DNA of 63,927 nucleotides, counting the filler, from Octopus bimaculoides (taxonomy: Eukaryota), in assembly GCF_001194135.2 (NCBI RefSeq). It is 7 parts of 6 records of this genome, joined end to end, with 100 filler letters (N's around TTAATTAATTAA, not from the genome) between each part and the next. Parts side by side here need not be neighbours in the genome. Positions count along the whole stretch, not along the records: positions 24,242 to 39,676 come from NC_069005.1; positions 39,777 to 54,462 come from NC_068990.1; 5 more parts are not named here. One strand, written 5' to 3'. Under the pieces are notes generated by a model. That model ran no database searches, was not told the origin of the DNA, and saw nothing but the letters and a program-made list of their open reading frames with translations. Position 1 is the stretch's first letter; each line of letters begins with the position of its first letter. Positions 39,599-51,759 of this stretch are shown one piece after another. A program made the position numbers and the translations under genes.

Positions 39599-39676
39599 TC
39601 TTTCTAGTAAAGGCACGAAGCCTGAAATTTGTGGGGAGGGGACTAGTCGATTACATCGACCCCAGTACGTAACTGG
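38340..39676 (-). mobile_element. SINE family A copies flanking the R4 fragment (38395-38530, 39365-39550, 39600-39676)
   Basis: Reverse-strand family tails (aatcctttcta...caaggcctgaaattt) each abut (AAT)n. Confidence 0.85.
38535..39315 (+). mobile_element. R4/Dong-type REL LINE 3' portion with (TAA)n tail
   Basis: ESVTHIIRECNMLAQKAYKKRHDN...RRPDLVIVDKEKRKCQIIDF...EKIAKYKDLGIEL..LW..IPVVIGA, then a 3'UTR running into (TAA)n. Confidence 0.92.
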
Positions 39677-40455
39677 NNNNNNNNNNNNNNNNNNNNNNNN
39701 NNNNNNNNNNNNNNNNNNNNTTAATTAATTAANNNNNNNNNNNNNNNNNNNNNNNNNNNNNNNNNNNNNNNNNNNNGAAAAATCTTAATTTGTTTTTTTG
39801 CTTTTTTTTTGTCATTTTTAAATAATTTCTTTATTATAGATAAAAAGAAGACAGAAGTTCTTCAAGAGATAGCCAACCACAATATATCCTTATTATTAAT
39901 ATCATTATCATCTGCTTTTTCTTTTTCTTTTCTATACGTCTCTTTCTGTGATCTTTTAATAAACCAAGAGAAAGTCTTATGTTACCACTTAAAAAATATG
40001 TCAAATGTCAGGAAATAGACACAAATTGAAAAAAAAAAAAAAAAAATTCTGAAAGGAGGATATGTAGTTAAATTTGTACGATTATAATATTTTGGGCTGT
40101 GAAACTCCTATTCAGTGATGATAAATCTATTTCAAATACTATGTTTCAACTCAGAATTGTCCGATTTGTTTTCAATTACCTGAGAAATACTTTTAGAATA
40201 ATGTTTCCCAAGGCTTCTGGTTCAGTACTATATGTACATATCCAAGAATAAGACACCTGATGAAGATTAGAGAGATCAAGCTAATTAAAATGCAGTGTAA
40301 ATGTTAGATATGAAAAAAAAAAAAAAAAACTCAGAAAAATGAAGGAAGTTCCTTCTCTACAAAAGAGGTTAATAGTTGGAAATATTATAATCATAAGAAA
40401 TATTCTATTTCAGAAACTTTATTCTTACCATTAAGAACTGTATGCTGATGACGTA

Positions 40456-40752
40456 TTAACCCATTACCTACCAGTGATCTCATATGAGATCACTTAAAAA
40501 TTATAAATTTCATAATTATCTGTCAATATTTACACCTATCTAACCTTTTTGCTATATCTACTAGGTATATTTCTCTGATATTCAAATGAGGTTTGCTAAT
40601 TTTTCACCCAATATTTAGCTTATTTCTATTTAAAATGTTATTTTTGAAATGTTATTTTGATCATTCCAGTGTGTTTCTAAGGCTGTTTTATGCTAGAAAT
40701 CAGTTTCATAAAAATATTCCAGTTAATAGAATTATGGGAGGTAATGGGTTAA
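40456..40752. mobile_element. piggyBac-type MITE with TTAA target duplication
   Basis: TTAA|CCCATTACCT ... AGGTAATGGG|TTAA: perfect 10-bp TIR, 289-bp element. Confidence 0.82.
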
Positions 40753-40759
40753 CTTTTGA

Positions 40760-41440
40760 GAGAAGGCTTGAAATTTTGGAGGAAGGGACCAGTCAATATA
40801 TTGACCCCAGTGCTCAACTAGTACTAGTTTTATCAACTCTGAAAGGATGAGAGATGAAAGTTGTCTTTGGTGGAATCTGGGAAGGGATGTTGCAAAGCAT
40901 TTAGTCTAGTGTGCTAAAGATTCTGTCAGCTATAAGTAGGAGGCACAGAGGCCTGAAATTTTGGGAGAGGGGATTGGTCAAGCATATAACCCCCAAGTGT
41001 TCCACTGGTACTTATTTCATCAACCTTGAAAGAATAAACGGCAAAGTCAACCTCCATGGAATTTGAACTCAGAAAGCTAAAAATAATAGCATGTGAATAT
41101 TTGTGCTGGAAAATAAAAGTTGAGGGCTGGGTAGAACACCAGTTGTATCTACAGGAGATATGGGTTCAATTCCAATTGGTAGCCTTTGACTTCTATCCAA
41201 AGGGTGTTTCAATCCAATGTTTACGTGCTATTATTTATAGCTTTGTGTGCTTCGAGATCCAGTCTCCACTACCACAAAGAGACAAAAAAATATTTCATGT
41301 TCTCTCAATGTCAACAGCATAATCATACATTACATTTTCTCCAGTTCTTGTTAATTATTATTCAGTTTAACTCTAGGGTAGATGTAATCGACTTACTCCC
41401 TCCCCCTGAAAATACTAACCTTGTTCCAAAATTTGTAATT
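40760..41440. mobile_element. Cluster of degenerate SINE family A copies
   Basis: Family motifs at 40760-40935 (-), 40940-41090 (-) and 41360-41440 (+). Confidence 0.65.
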
Positions 41441-42477
41441 AATACTATTATTACTATTATTACTATTATTACTTCTCAGAGCACTTGATCTTGCTTGCTC
41501 TGGTAGATTCTGTGAGAGCAGACAGCAGCCTGCTGTCAGAGGTCTCACAGGGTCTCTTGCCGCACATTATAAGCTTTGATACTTGGTTGTTAATTATCAT
41601 GGGAGACATTCAACATCCAAGTACCAATCTCAAAATCTTAACTGTCCCCATATTATTATTATTATTATTATTATTATTTTGCTTATTTTAAATCTTCCAA
41701 CTTTCAAATGCTTTGTCTTAATTTCAGAGACAGGTATCTTTAGCCTCAGTGAGCAAATACATAGGAAAAAAAAAAATGCACAAGAGATAAGACAGACAGA
41801 CAGACAGAATGTTAGAAAAAAAAAAAAATCAAAACAGGAAATAAAACGAAAAAATTTATAAAAAAAATACAGAAAGAAATTTAAATAAACACAGAAAAAT
41901 CTACCAACCAATCCCCAAAGAGCATTTGTGTAATGACAGTCATTTGATTTTCTGTATGTCACGAGGCCACATCCTACTGAAATATTTTGNNNNNNNNNNN
42001 NNNNNNNNNNNNNNNNNNNNNNNNNNNNNNNNNNNNNNNNNNNNNNNNNNNNNNNNNNNNNNNNNNNNNNNNNNNNNNNNNNNNNNNNNNNNNNNNNNNN
42101 NNNNNNNNNNNNNNNNNNNNNNNNNNNNNNNNNNNNNNNNNNNNNNNNNNNNNNNNNNNNNNNNNNNNNNNNNNNNNNNNNNNNNNNNNNNNNNNNNNNN
42201 NNNNNNNNNNNNNNNNNNNNNNNNNNNNNNNNNNNNNNNNNNNNNNNNNNNNNNNNNNNNNNNNNNNNNNNNNNNNNNNNNNNNNNNNNNNNNNNNNNNN
42301 NNNNNNNNNNNNNNNNNNNNNNNNNNNNNNNNNNNNNNNNNNNNNNNNNNNNNNNNNNNNNNNNNNNNNNNNNNNNNNNNNNNTGTTAGGAGTCTCTTTT
42401 GTTACGGGAATGTATACACGACACCACCGGTTGTAGGGGACAAATGCAGACACAAAAACACACACATATATGTGCGA

Positions 42478-42640
42478 CAGGCTTCTTTCAGTTTCCATTA
42501 ACCAAATTCACATGCAGAGCTCTGGTTGGCCGAGGTGGCCGGGTGTAGTAGAAGACATTTGCCCAAGGTGCCATGCAGTGGAACTGAACTGGGAACCATG
42601 TGGTTGGGAAGCAAACTTCTTACCACTCAGCCATATCAAT
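42478..42640 (-). mobile_element. SINE family B head
   Basis: tagaagacatttgcccaaggtgccatgcagtggaactgaac...catgtggttgg. Confidence 0.8.
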
Positions 42641-42671
42641 GCCTATAAATAAATGTGTTGTTTGTTCCTTC

Positions 42672-42958
42672 TTGAGCCATGCCTGTCTCAGAAGGGACGG
42701 TTTCCCAGTTTCATTGGCATATAGGTTCCCTACCTGGATGGGACGCCAGTCCGTCACAGGTGAGCTGCCAGATGCAGGAGGAAAGAGTGAGAGAAAGTAG
42801 TGGCGAAAGAGTCAGCAGAAGTTCGCCATTGCCTTCTGCCAGAGCCACGTGGAGCTCAGGTGTTTCACTCATAAACACACACATCGCCCGGTCTGAGATT
42901 CAAACCCGCGATCTCCCAAGCGCAAGTCCGCTGCTCTAACCACTAGGCTATGTGCCTC
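42672..42958 (-). mobile_element. Full-length tRNA-derived SINE with V-domain-like central motif
   Basis: Head ggcacatagcctagtggttagagcagcgg...gggtttgaatc (A/B boxes); internal cctgtgacggactggcgtcccatccagg. Confidence 0.75.
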
Positions 42959-43204
42959 CACCTATTAATAAATAATATACATGAATAGATAACGAGGGTA
43001 ATGCAGGAACATGTGGCAAGTCAGTGTAACAGAACCGATGAACCGCGACAGAAATGTTTATATGTATAAAAGACAAAAACAAAACGTTTGAAACAATTAA
43101 AAAACAAAGACATCAAAAAGCTATTTGTCATGTATTATGTATTTGATGACAATGTCTTTTGTTGTTTTGTGGTAGGACACAATAGTATGGCCAATGATGG
43201 TACA

Positions 43205-43265
<61 letters not shown>

Positions 43266-43266
43266 C

Positions 43267-43297
<31 letters not shown>

Positions 43298-43479
43298 TAT
43301 ATACACATTCACTCCTACATAAATATGAATGCAGGAACATATACAAATGTAAAACATACACTCACACAAATATAAACGCATACATGCAAACACACACAAA
43401 GACAAATACACTAACATAAGCACACATATTCACACAAATACACGCACGCAAACACACTAATAACAAAGAGGAAGGTGAG

Positions 43480-43960
43480 TGAGGTCAGTCTACCTGCTAG
43501 AAATAGCAGTCAAATCTCTCAAACTACGTCCTCTTATCAGAGTTAAAAGAGAGATGCTTTTGACAATTTAGTAACTGATATAAAAATAAAGATGGGATGG
43601 TCAATGTTGGAACGTCTTGGATCAGAGACCTATTGACCGTGGTTGACTTAGGGTTATAAACAACAGCAATAGTGAAACAAATCTCTCAACAAAGTCTATT
43701 TACATTGTAAACTAATACCTTCCAATTCTACCGAAAGACAAGGAGGGAGTCTGAACATGATTGCTCAATCTGCAAGAAATATCAGCCAATTTCCCTTATA
43801 TCACATGCTACAATCTTACAAAAGCAGGACACACTGAATAATGCAGATTTAGATATACTACATCTGAGGTCTGTTTTTTTTTTTCTCATTTCAGAAAGAG
43901 ATGGTCACTACTAGAATGTCTTTGGTGAAAAGACTGCTTGATCAGGCCAGACCTGGAGAC
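43480..43960 (+). mobile_element. Two tandem copies of a GCTAGAAATAGCAG-type short repeat family
   Basis: ctgctagaaatagcagtcaaatctc...gggatggtc...gatca; related pieces at ~17270, 30860, 36190 and 36385. Confidence 0.55.
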
Positions 43961-44159
43961 TAACCTCTAATGAAATATTAGTGACCAAATACAAAAGGTT
44001 TTTATACTTTAGGGTGAAGAAAATGTTTTTCTTTAGAGCATTTGCAGCATAAAGGAAACAGCTCCAAGAATGGATTGAAACCTCATTACACATTTGAATT
44101 GGCAGAAACGTAACCTTGCCAAGCTGCACTTGGGAAAGTTTAGCTATTTTGATATCAAC

Positions 44160-45644
44160 TCACTCGAGGCTGGGGTCAATTCAATTGACTAGCCCCCAAC
44201 ACACAAATTTCAGGCCTTGTGCATGTAGTGGAATGGATTATTATTATTATTAGCAGTAGTAGTAGTAAAGGTGGTAAGCTGGCAGAATCCTTAATGCATC
44301 TTTACATTCTGAGTTTAAAAGCTGCCAAGGTAGACTTTGCCATTCTCCCTTTCGGAGTCAAAGAAATAAGTACCAGTGAAGAACTGGGGTTGATGTCATT
44401 GCCTAGTGCCCACTTTTGAAAAAAAATTCAGGCCTTGTGCCTATCATAAAATGAATTATCATTATCATTAAGCTCGCAAGGAATGAAGCCAGTATGCTCC
44501 GTTGGATGTGTAATGTCAATGTGAATACCCGTCAGAGTGTAAGTATCTTGAGAGAAAAGCTGAACATTAGAAGCATCAGTTGTGGTGTGCAAGAGAGACG
44601 ATTGCGCTGGTATGGACATGTGGTGAGAATGGAGGAGGATAGCTGCGTGAAAAAGTGCCACACCCTAACAGTTGAGGGAACCTGTGGAAGAGGTAGGCCC
44701 AGGAAGACCTGGGCTGAGGTGGTGAGGCAAGACCTTCGTACATTGGGCCTCACCGAGGCGATGACTACGGACCGAGACCTTTGGAAATNNNNNNNNNNNN
44801 NNNNNNNNNNNNNNNNNNNNNNNNNNNNNNNNNNNNNNNNNNNNNNNNNNNNNNNNNNNNNNNNNNNNNNNNNNNNNNNNNNNNNNNNNNNNNNNNNNNN
44901 NNNNNNNNNNNNNNNNNNNNNNNNNNNNNNNNNNNNNNNNNNNNNNNNNNNNNNNNNNNNNNNNNNNNNNNNNNNNNNNNNNNNNNNNCACCATTTCGAG
45001 CGTGGCCGTTTTCGTGCGGGTGACACGTAAAAGCACCCACTACACTCTCTGAGTGGTTGGCGTTAGGAAGGGCATCCAGCTGTAGAAACTCTGCCAAATC
45101 AGGCTGGAGCCTGGTGTTGCCATCCGGTTTCACCAGTCCTCAGTCAAATCGTCCAACCCATGCTAGCATGGAAAGCGGACGTTAAACGATGATGATGATG
45201 ATGATGATGATGATTGTCATTATAGTTAAGCTGGTGAGCGGGCAGAATCATTAGCATGCTAGGCTAAATGCTAGCAGCATTTCGGCTATCACTACCTTCT
45301 GAGTTCAAATTCTGCCAAGGTCAACTATGCCTTTCTTTCTTTTGAGGTTGATAAAATAAGTATTAGTTGACCACTAGGGGGTCATCGTAATCAACTTAAC
45401 TAAGCCCTCCCCGAAATTGCTGGCCTTGTGCCAAAATTTGAAACTGGCAGAATCGTTAGCACACAGGGCGAAATGCCTAGTGACATTTCTTCCAACTTTA
45501 CATTCAGAGATCAAATCCACCAAGGTCCACCCTGCCTTTCATCCTTTTGTGGGGTCGATAAACAAGTACCAGCTGAACACAGAGGCTGATGCAAACAACT
45601 ATACCCATCCCCCAAATTGCTGACCTTGTACCAAAATTTTAAAC

Positions 45645-45724
<80 letters not shown>

Positions 45725-45942
45725 GTAAGGCAGTGAGCTGGCAGACTCATTAGCATGCTGGACGAGATACTCAGCAGTATTTCACCCGTTGCTATGTTCT
45801 GAGTTCAAATTCCACCAAGGTCAACTTAGCCCTTTTCATCCTTTCAGGGTCGATAAATTAAGTACCAGTTGCGTACCGGGATCGACCTAATTGACTGGCC
45901 CTCTCCCCCAAAATTTCAGGCCTTGTACCTATAGTAGAAAGG

Positions 45943-45990
<48 letters not shown>
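44160..45990 (+). mobile_element. Nest of five SINE family A units around the RTE copy
   Basis: Units at 44160-44225, 44270-44450, 45225-45445, 45445-45645 and 45726-45945, joined by ATT/AGT/GAT microsatellites. Confidence 0.85.
44470..45213 (+). mobile_element. Young 5'-truncated RTE LINE with (GAT)n tail
   Basis: ORF 44494: MLRWMCNV...VQERRLRWYGHVVRM...GRGRPRKTW; 3'UTR and (gat)n; near-identical to 27711-28500. Confidence 0.93.
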
Positions 45991-45991
<1 letters not shown>

Positions 45992-46543
45992 GTGCTATAC
46001 CTCTACAGCTTTAATATTTTGTTGTTTATGAATTAGCATAACCCCAGTGACTCATATTTCACAGCTGCTACTCCAGGGTCAACTAATTNNNNNNNNNNNN
46101 NNNNNNNNNNNNNNNNNNNNNNNNNNNNNNNNNNNNNNNNNNNNNNNNNNNNNNNNNNNNNNNNNNNNNNNNNNNNNNNNNNNNNNNNNNNNNNNNNNNN
46201 NNNNNNNNNNNNNNNNNNNNNNNNNNNNNNNNNNNNNNNNNNNNNNNNNNNNNNNNNNNNNNNNNNNNNNNNNNNNNNNNNNNNNNNNNNNNNNNNNNNN
46301 NNNNNNNNNNNNNNNNNNNNNNNNNNNNNNNNNNNNNNNNNNNNNNNNNNNNNNNNNNNNNNNNNNNNNNNNNNNNNNNNNNNNNNNNGTGCCATGAGTT
46401 TTAATAATGGACGAAATGCTGTGCCTTCTCAGCTACCATTGCAACACCCACCCTCCTCACCAACATTATAGAATAACGTGCACATGTACTTATACACGCG
46501 TACAAATGTTTGTGTGTGTGTGTGTGTGTGTGGTGTGTGTACG

Positions 46544-46586
<43 letters not shown>

Positions 46587-46939
46587 CGCAGAGAGAATAC
46601 AGTTATGTACACGCGTATATATTTGTGTGTGTATACGACAGACAAAGAGAGCAAGAGATAGATAGATCTGTGTGTGAGTGTGTGTATATACACACAAACA
46701 CACATATACACATGTATATATACATCTGTGTATGCGTGGGTGTTTATGAAAATGTGTTGAGTTGAAAACTAACAGAGAAAACACTACACACTTGAATAAA
46801 CAATGCAAATGTTTGGCTAAGCCTTAAGACGGACAAAATTTGAAATCACTCTGTTTTTATAATAAATTTGATCTTGCACCCGGTATTGAGTTCTTACATG
46901 AGAATATCTTGTACTTTATTAATTAGCAAGTTTTGATTA

Positions 46940-46973
<34 letters not shown>

Positions 46974-46974
46974 C

Positions 46975-47350
46975 AGGGTGGCTTTGGAGTAAGAAGTTTA
47001 CTTCCCAACCACATGGTTCTGGGTTCAGTCCCACTGTCTGGCGCCTAGGGCAAGTGTCTCCTACTACAGCCTCGAGTCAACCAAAGCCTCGTGAGTGGGT
47101 TTGGTAGACGGAAACTGAAAGAATCCTGTCATGTGTGTATGTATGTGTCTTCGTGTCAGTGTTTGTATCCCACCACTGCTTGACAACCGGTGCTGGCATG
47201 TTAATGTCCCCATAACTTAGCGGTCCAGCAAACAACCCAATATAACAGGTACCAAGCTTAAAAAGAATACAAGAACAGGGGTCGGTCAGTTTGACTAAAA
47301 TTCCTCAGGGCAGTGGCCCAGTATGACCACTACCTAATGACTGAAACAAG
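46975..47350 (+). mobile_element. Full-length SINE family B
   Basis: Head ...caaccacatggttctgggttcagtcccact..., internal TG-rich tract, tail ...aatgactgaaacaag. Confidence 0.88.
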
Positions 47351-47563
47351 ATATATATATATTCCGTTTTGGGATTTGGTTTGCAAGATTCTTTATGTGA
47401 GTTTGTGTGTTGAAGAATATTTTATCGTGTCTGGAGGGAGTCATTGTCATTTTTTTTCCTCTCCATTTAATATTGTTCATGTTGTTGTTGTTATTATTGT
47501 TGTTGGGACGGGGGCCATTGCTTGAGCTATGATCAAGAGCATTCAACTCATGAACACTATATG

Positions 47564-47596
<33 letters not shown>

Positions 47597-48369
47597 NNNN
47601 NNNNNNNNNNNNNNNNNNNNNNNNNNNNNNNNNNNNNNNNNNNNNNNNNNNNNNNNNNNNNNNNNNNNNNNNNNNNNNNNNNNNNNNNNNNNNNNNNNNN
47701 NNNNNNNNNNNNNNNNNNNNNNNNNNNNNNNNNNNNNNNNNNNNNNNNNNNNNNNNNNNNNNNNNNNNNNNNNNNNNNNNNNNNNNNNNNNNNNNNNNNN
47801 NNNNNNNNNNNNNNNNNNNNNNNNNNNNNNNNNNNNNNNNNNNNNNNNNNNNNNNNNNNNNNNNNNNNNNNNNNNNNNNNNNNNNNNNNNNNNNNNNNNN
47901 NNNNNNNNNNNNNNNNNNNNNNNNNNNNNNNNNNNNNNNNNNNNNNNNNNNNNNNNNNNNNNNNNNNNNNNNNNNNNNNNNNNNNNNNNNNNNNNNNNNN
48001 NNNNNNNNNNNNNNNNNNNNNNNNNNNNNNNNNNNNNNNNNNNNNNNNNNNNNNNNNNNNNNNNNNNNNNNNNNNNNNNNNNNNNNNNNNNNNNNNNNNN
48101 NNNNNNNNNNNNNNNNNNNNNNNNNNNNNNNNNNNNNNNNNNNNNNNNNNNNNNNNNNNNNNNNNNNNNNNNNNNNNNNNNNNNNNNNNNNNNNNNNNNN
48201 NNNNNNNNNNNNNNNNNNNNNNNNNNNNNNNNNNNNNNNNNNNNNNNNNNNNNNNNNNNNNNNNNNNNNNNNNNNNNGTATAAAACAATAATAAAAAAAG
48301 TCTTAGGAAAAAACCCAAAAAGAACCAAATTACAGGTAAAGTTTTTTGAACAAATGTTTTTCATCAATC

Positions 48370-48965
48370 ACTATCTCTTTCTCTCTCTCTCTCTCTCTCT
48401 CCTTTTCTTTCTGTCTGACTCTGTCTGTCACTCCCTCCCTCTCTCAGTTGCTTCTTTCTCTTTGTTGTCTGTCTATCTCTCTATCATTTCATGCCTCTCT
48501 CTCCTCCTCTATCTGCTTGTTTCTCCCCTCCCCCACCTAGCTCTCTTTGTTGCTCCCTCCTTCACTGTCTATTGCTCCCCACTTCTCTTAGTTACTCCCT
48601 CCACCCTTGTCTCTCTCTCTTTACCCTTCTTTGTCTGTCTGACTCTGACTCTCTTTCTCTGTCTGTTCCTCCCTCCCTCCCTCTCTCAGTTGCTTCTTCC
48701 TCTTCATGTCTGTCCATCTCTCTCTGCTCTGTCTATCATTTCATGTCTCTCTCCTCCTCTGTCTGTCTGTTGCTCTCTCTCCACTTTGTCTCTCTCTCTC
48801 TCCCCCTCTTACACACACTCTCTCTCTGTCTGTTACTTTCTCCTCTCCATCACTTCATTCCTTCCTCCCTCCTCCTCTCTTTTTCCCTCCTCTTCTCTGT
48901 CTGTTACTCTCTCCACTTTGTGTGTGTGTCTGTGTGTGCAAGCACGTCTTCCCCCTCTCTCTAAC
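48370..48965. repeat. CT-rich polypyrimidine low-complexity tract with an internal diverged duplication
   Basis: ctccctccctctctcagttgcttc...atcatttcatg occurs at ~48432 and ~48670. Confidence 0.8.
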
Positions 48966-49966
48966 ATTCACATATGGTCACTCTCAGTAATACATCAAGG
49001 TTTGTTGTGTAGCTATCTTTGAAAGATTAATTCACATCATCACCACCACCACAACTATCTTCCTCTTCCTCCTCCTCCCCTTCGTCACAATTACACACAA
49101 AAAATTCAGAAGAATTTTTGCCAACACACTCAAGTGATGACAAAAGATAAAAATACCAAAAAAAAAATAATAAAAGAAATAACATTTTTTAACTACTGCC
49201 ACCTAAGTCTTTAAAAGATACAATTACTTTGTGATAGAACTATTAGGTTTTACTAAAGCAACACAACAATAATAATAATAATAATAATAATAATGATAAT
49301 AACAATAATAATAATAATGATGATAATAATAATAATAGGGAGAAGAAGAAATAGTAGTAGTAGTAGTAGTAGTATATGTGAGAAAGTGTTATAGATTAAG
49401 GCATTCTATTTGGCCAGTTGGTGGAGATTGAATTCAGAAAAATGTCACTGGATAAAGGTGTTGACAACCATGTTAGCATACATGCTTGTCTGTTTTTGTC
49501 CTCCTGACTTGAAACCTTGCATCACATAAAAAAAAAGTGTGGGGGGGAGGAGAGAAGTGATGAAGAGAGAGATAAAGTATAGGTGAGTTGAAAGAGCGAG
49601 GTGGAAGGGACGCGTGTGTAAACACTTTTAAGCTGTGCTAAGTCTTGATATTGTTAAGGTCTCAGAGTCATAACCAAACAGAGGGAAGAAAAATTTCTAT
49701 TCAGTTGGCATCTTTTTAAAAAGAAAGAAAAGAACAGGGGGGAGACGTGGGGGAGAGCGAGAGAGAGAAAGTGAAAGTGAAAGCTAGAGAGAGACAGAGA
49801 GAGGGGAGAGCGTGGACGAGGGAAAGAGATGAGAAATGGAATCGAAAAGTAGTAACATATGGATTTTTTCTCTCCGTTCAAACCACTTCTCGCTTGTTGT
49901 CGAGAGAAACCTTTTAAAAGCACTCATCAACCTGTATGTCCGTGTATGTCCGTGAGTGTGTATGTG

Positions 49967-50006
<40 letters not shown>

Positions 50007-50914
50007 NNNNNNNNNNNNNNNNNNNNNNNNNNNNNNNNNNNNNNNNNNNNNNNNNNNNNNNNNNNNNNNNNNNNNNNNNNNNNNNNNNNNNNNNNNNNNN
50101 NNNNNNNNNNNNNNNNNNNNNNNNNNNNNNNNNNNNNNNNNNNNNNNNNNNNNNNNNNNNNNNNNNNNNNNNNNNNNNNNNNNNNNNNNNNNNNNNNNNN
50201 NNNNNNNNNNNNNNNNNNNNNNNNNNNNNNNNNNNNNNNNNNNNNNNNNNNNNNNNNNNNNNNNNNNNNNNNNNNNNNNNNNNNNNNNNNNNNNNNNNNN
50301 NNNNNNNNNNNNNNNNNNNNNNNNNNNNNNNNNNNNNNNNNNNNNNNNNNNNNNNNNNNNNNNNNNNNNNNNNNNNNNNNNNNNNNNNNNNNNNNNNNNN
50401 NNNNNNNGTTACACTCCCCACCCGACACCAAATTTGTTTGCAAGGTTCAATGGCTAACAATATCTCGACACACAAGCTATTTAATTTCCACTCCATTTCA
50501 GCCATGTAACCGGCAACAACCGGCCAGGTTCTTTGCAATTTCGATACTGAACAGCTATCACCGCCGTCAGCACGAAGTCTAAACATTTTCCCAATAATCT
50601 TTTGCAGCTATTATCCAGCCTCGAGAATCATTTAAAGATAAACTATTTATTCTCAATTGGCAATTACTAATCTCCAGCCTTTAGGTTAATTAGAGATTAT
50701 GCCGTAAATAACATGTTTTACGGTATTTTTTCTTTACCTCCTCACCGCTTCTCTCCTCTCCAAACCGCCCCAGTGCCATTGCTGGTGTCGTAAATACCAA
50801 CTTGTTTGCAGACCCCCTCCACCAAACATTAAACGCTTCCAGTGTTGATGTATTGGAGTAACAGAGCAAGAGCACGGGGTTAAAGAGGAGGCTCGTCTTT
50901 TTTCTTTTTATTTT

Positions 50915-51178
50915 CAATTTCCATCTTTTATTTGTTTCAGTCGTTTAGACTGCGGCCATGCTGGGGCACCACCTTGAAGAATTTTTTAGTTGAATGAATC
51001 GACTTAATACTTATTTAAAAAAAATTTTTTTCAAAGTCTGGTACTTATATCAATCTATTTTGCCAAACCACTAGGTTACGGGGGGCTAAAACATACTGAA
51101 ATTAGTTGTCAAGTAGTGGAGGTGGGGACAAACACAGACATGAAGGTGCACACACACACATGCATATATGTGTATGTT

Positions 51179-51214
<36 letters not shown>

Positions 51215-51335
51215 ATCTACAGTTGGCCCAAGGCTACAGTAGAAGACACTTGCTCAAGGTGTCACACAGTGGGACTGAACCCAGAACGATGTGGTTGGGA
51301 ACCAAGCTTCTGACCACTCGGCCACAGCTGCACCT
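50915..51335 (-). mobile_element. Full-length SINE family B
   Basis: gactgcggccatgctggggcacc ... tagaagacacttgctcaagg...ccatgtggttgg-like head. Confidence 0.85.
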
Positions 51336-51759
51336 GTGGCTTAGTTTTATTTCCAGAACCATAAAAAAAAAATGAGAAGAAAATACTGCATTTGATAGTG
51401 TATAAGATGCACTTTTAACCAAAAAAAGAAGAAACTAAAAAAAAACAAAGAAAAATTACCCCCACCCCACTGCCAAAAAATAATAAAATTCCCACTTGGG
51501 TCCTATATGCAAGAAGTCAGACCTCCTATAAGGCTTAACACACTAAAAACTGTTTTTTACCTAAATATACACAGCTGAAATGCATTATTGTCAGTATCGA
51601 CCCCTGGTCATACTGTAATGGACTTGCAAGGCAAGCTTTCGAGCTGCCATGATGTATGAGTGACCAAGAACACAACACACCCCCTGAAAGGGATGCTAGT
51701 CCATCGCAACAGGGAATTGAAACCCCTTATCTTACAATTGAGAGTGTAATACTCTCAGC

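Noticed and set aside
40250-40290. agacacCTGATGA resembling the 57.75 kb motif
   Set aside because: Stem II is weak and GAAA is absent.
41505-41550. Small hairpin tgtgaga..gacagcag-c-ctgctgtc..tctcaca
   Set aside because: Too short and interrupted to distinguish from chance.
42885-42958. tRNA-like sequences at SINE heads (also ~58290-58355)
   Set aside because: They have A/B boxes but continue into SINE bodies without a proper acceptor stem, so they are not tRNA genes.
44038-44109. Possible small exon (EHLQHKGNSSKNGLKPHYTFELAET)
   Set aside because: Weak donor, no recognisable homology, and surrounded by repeats.
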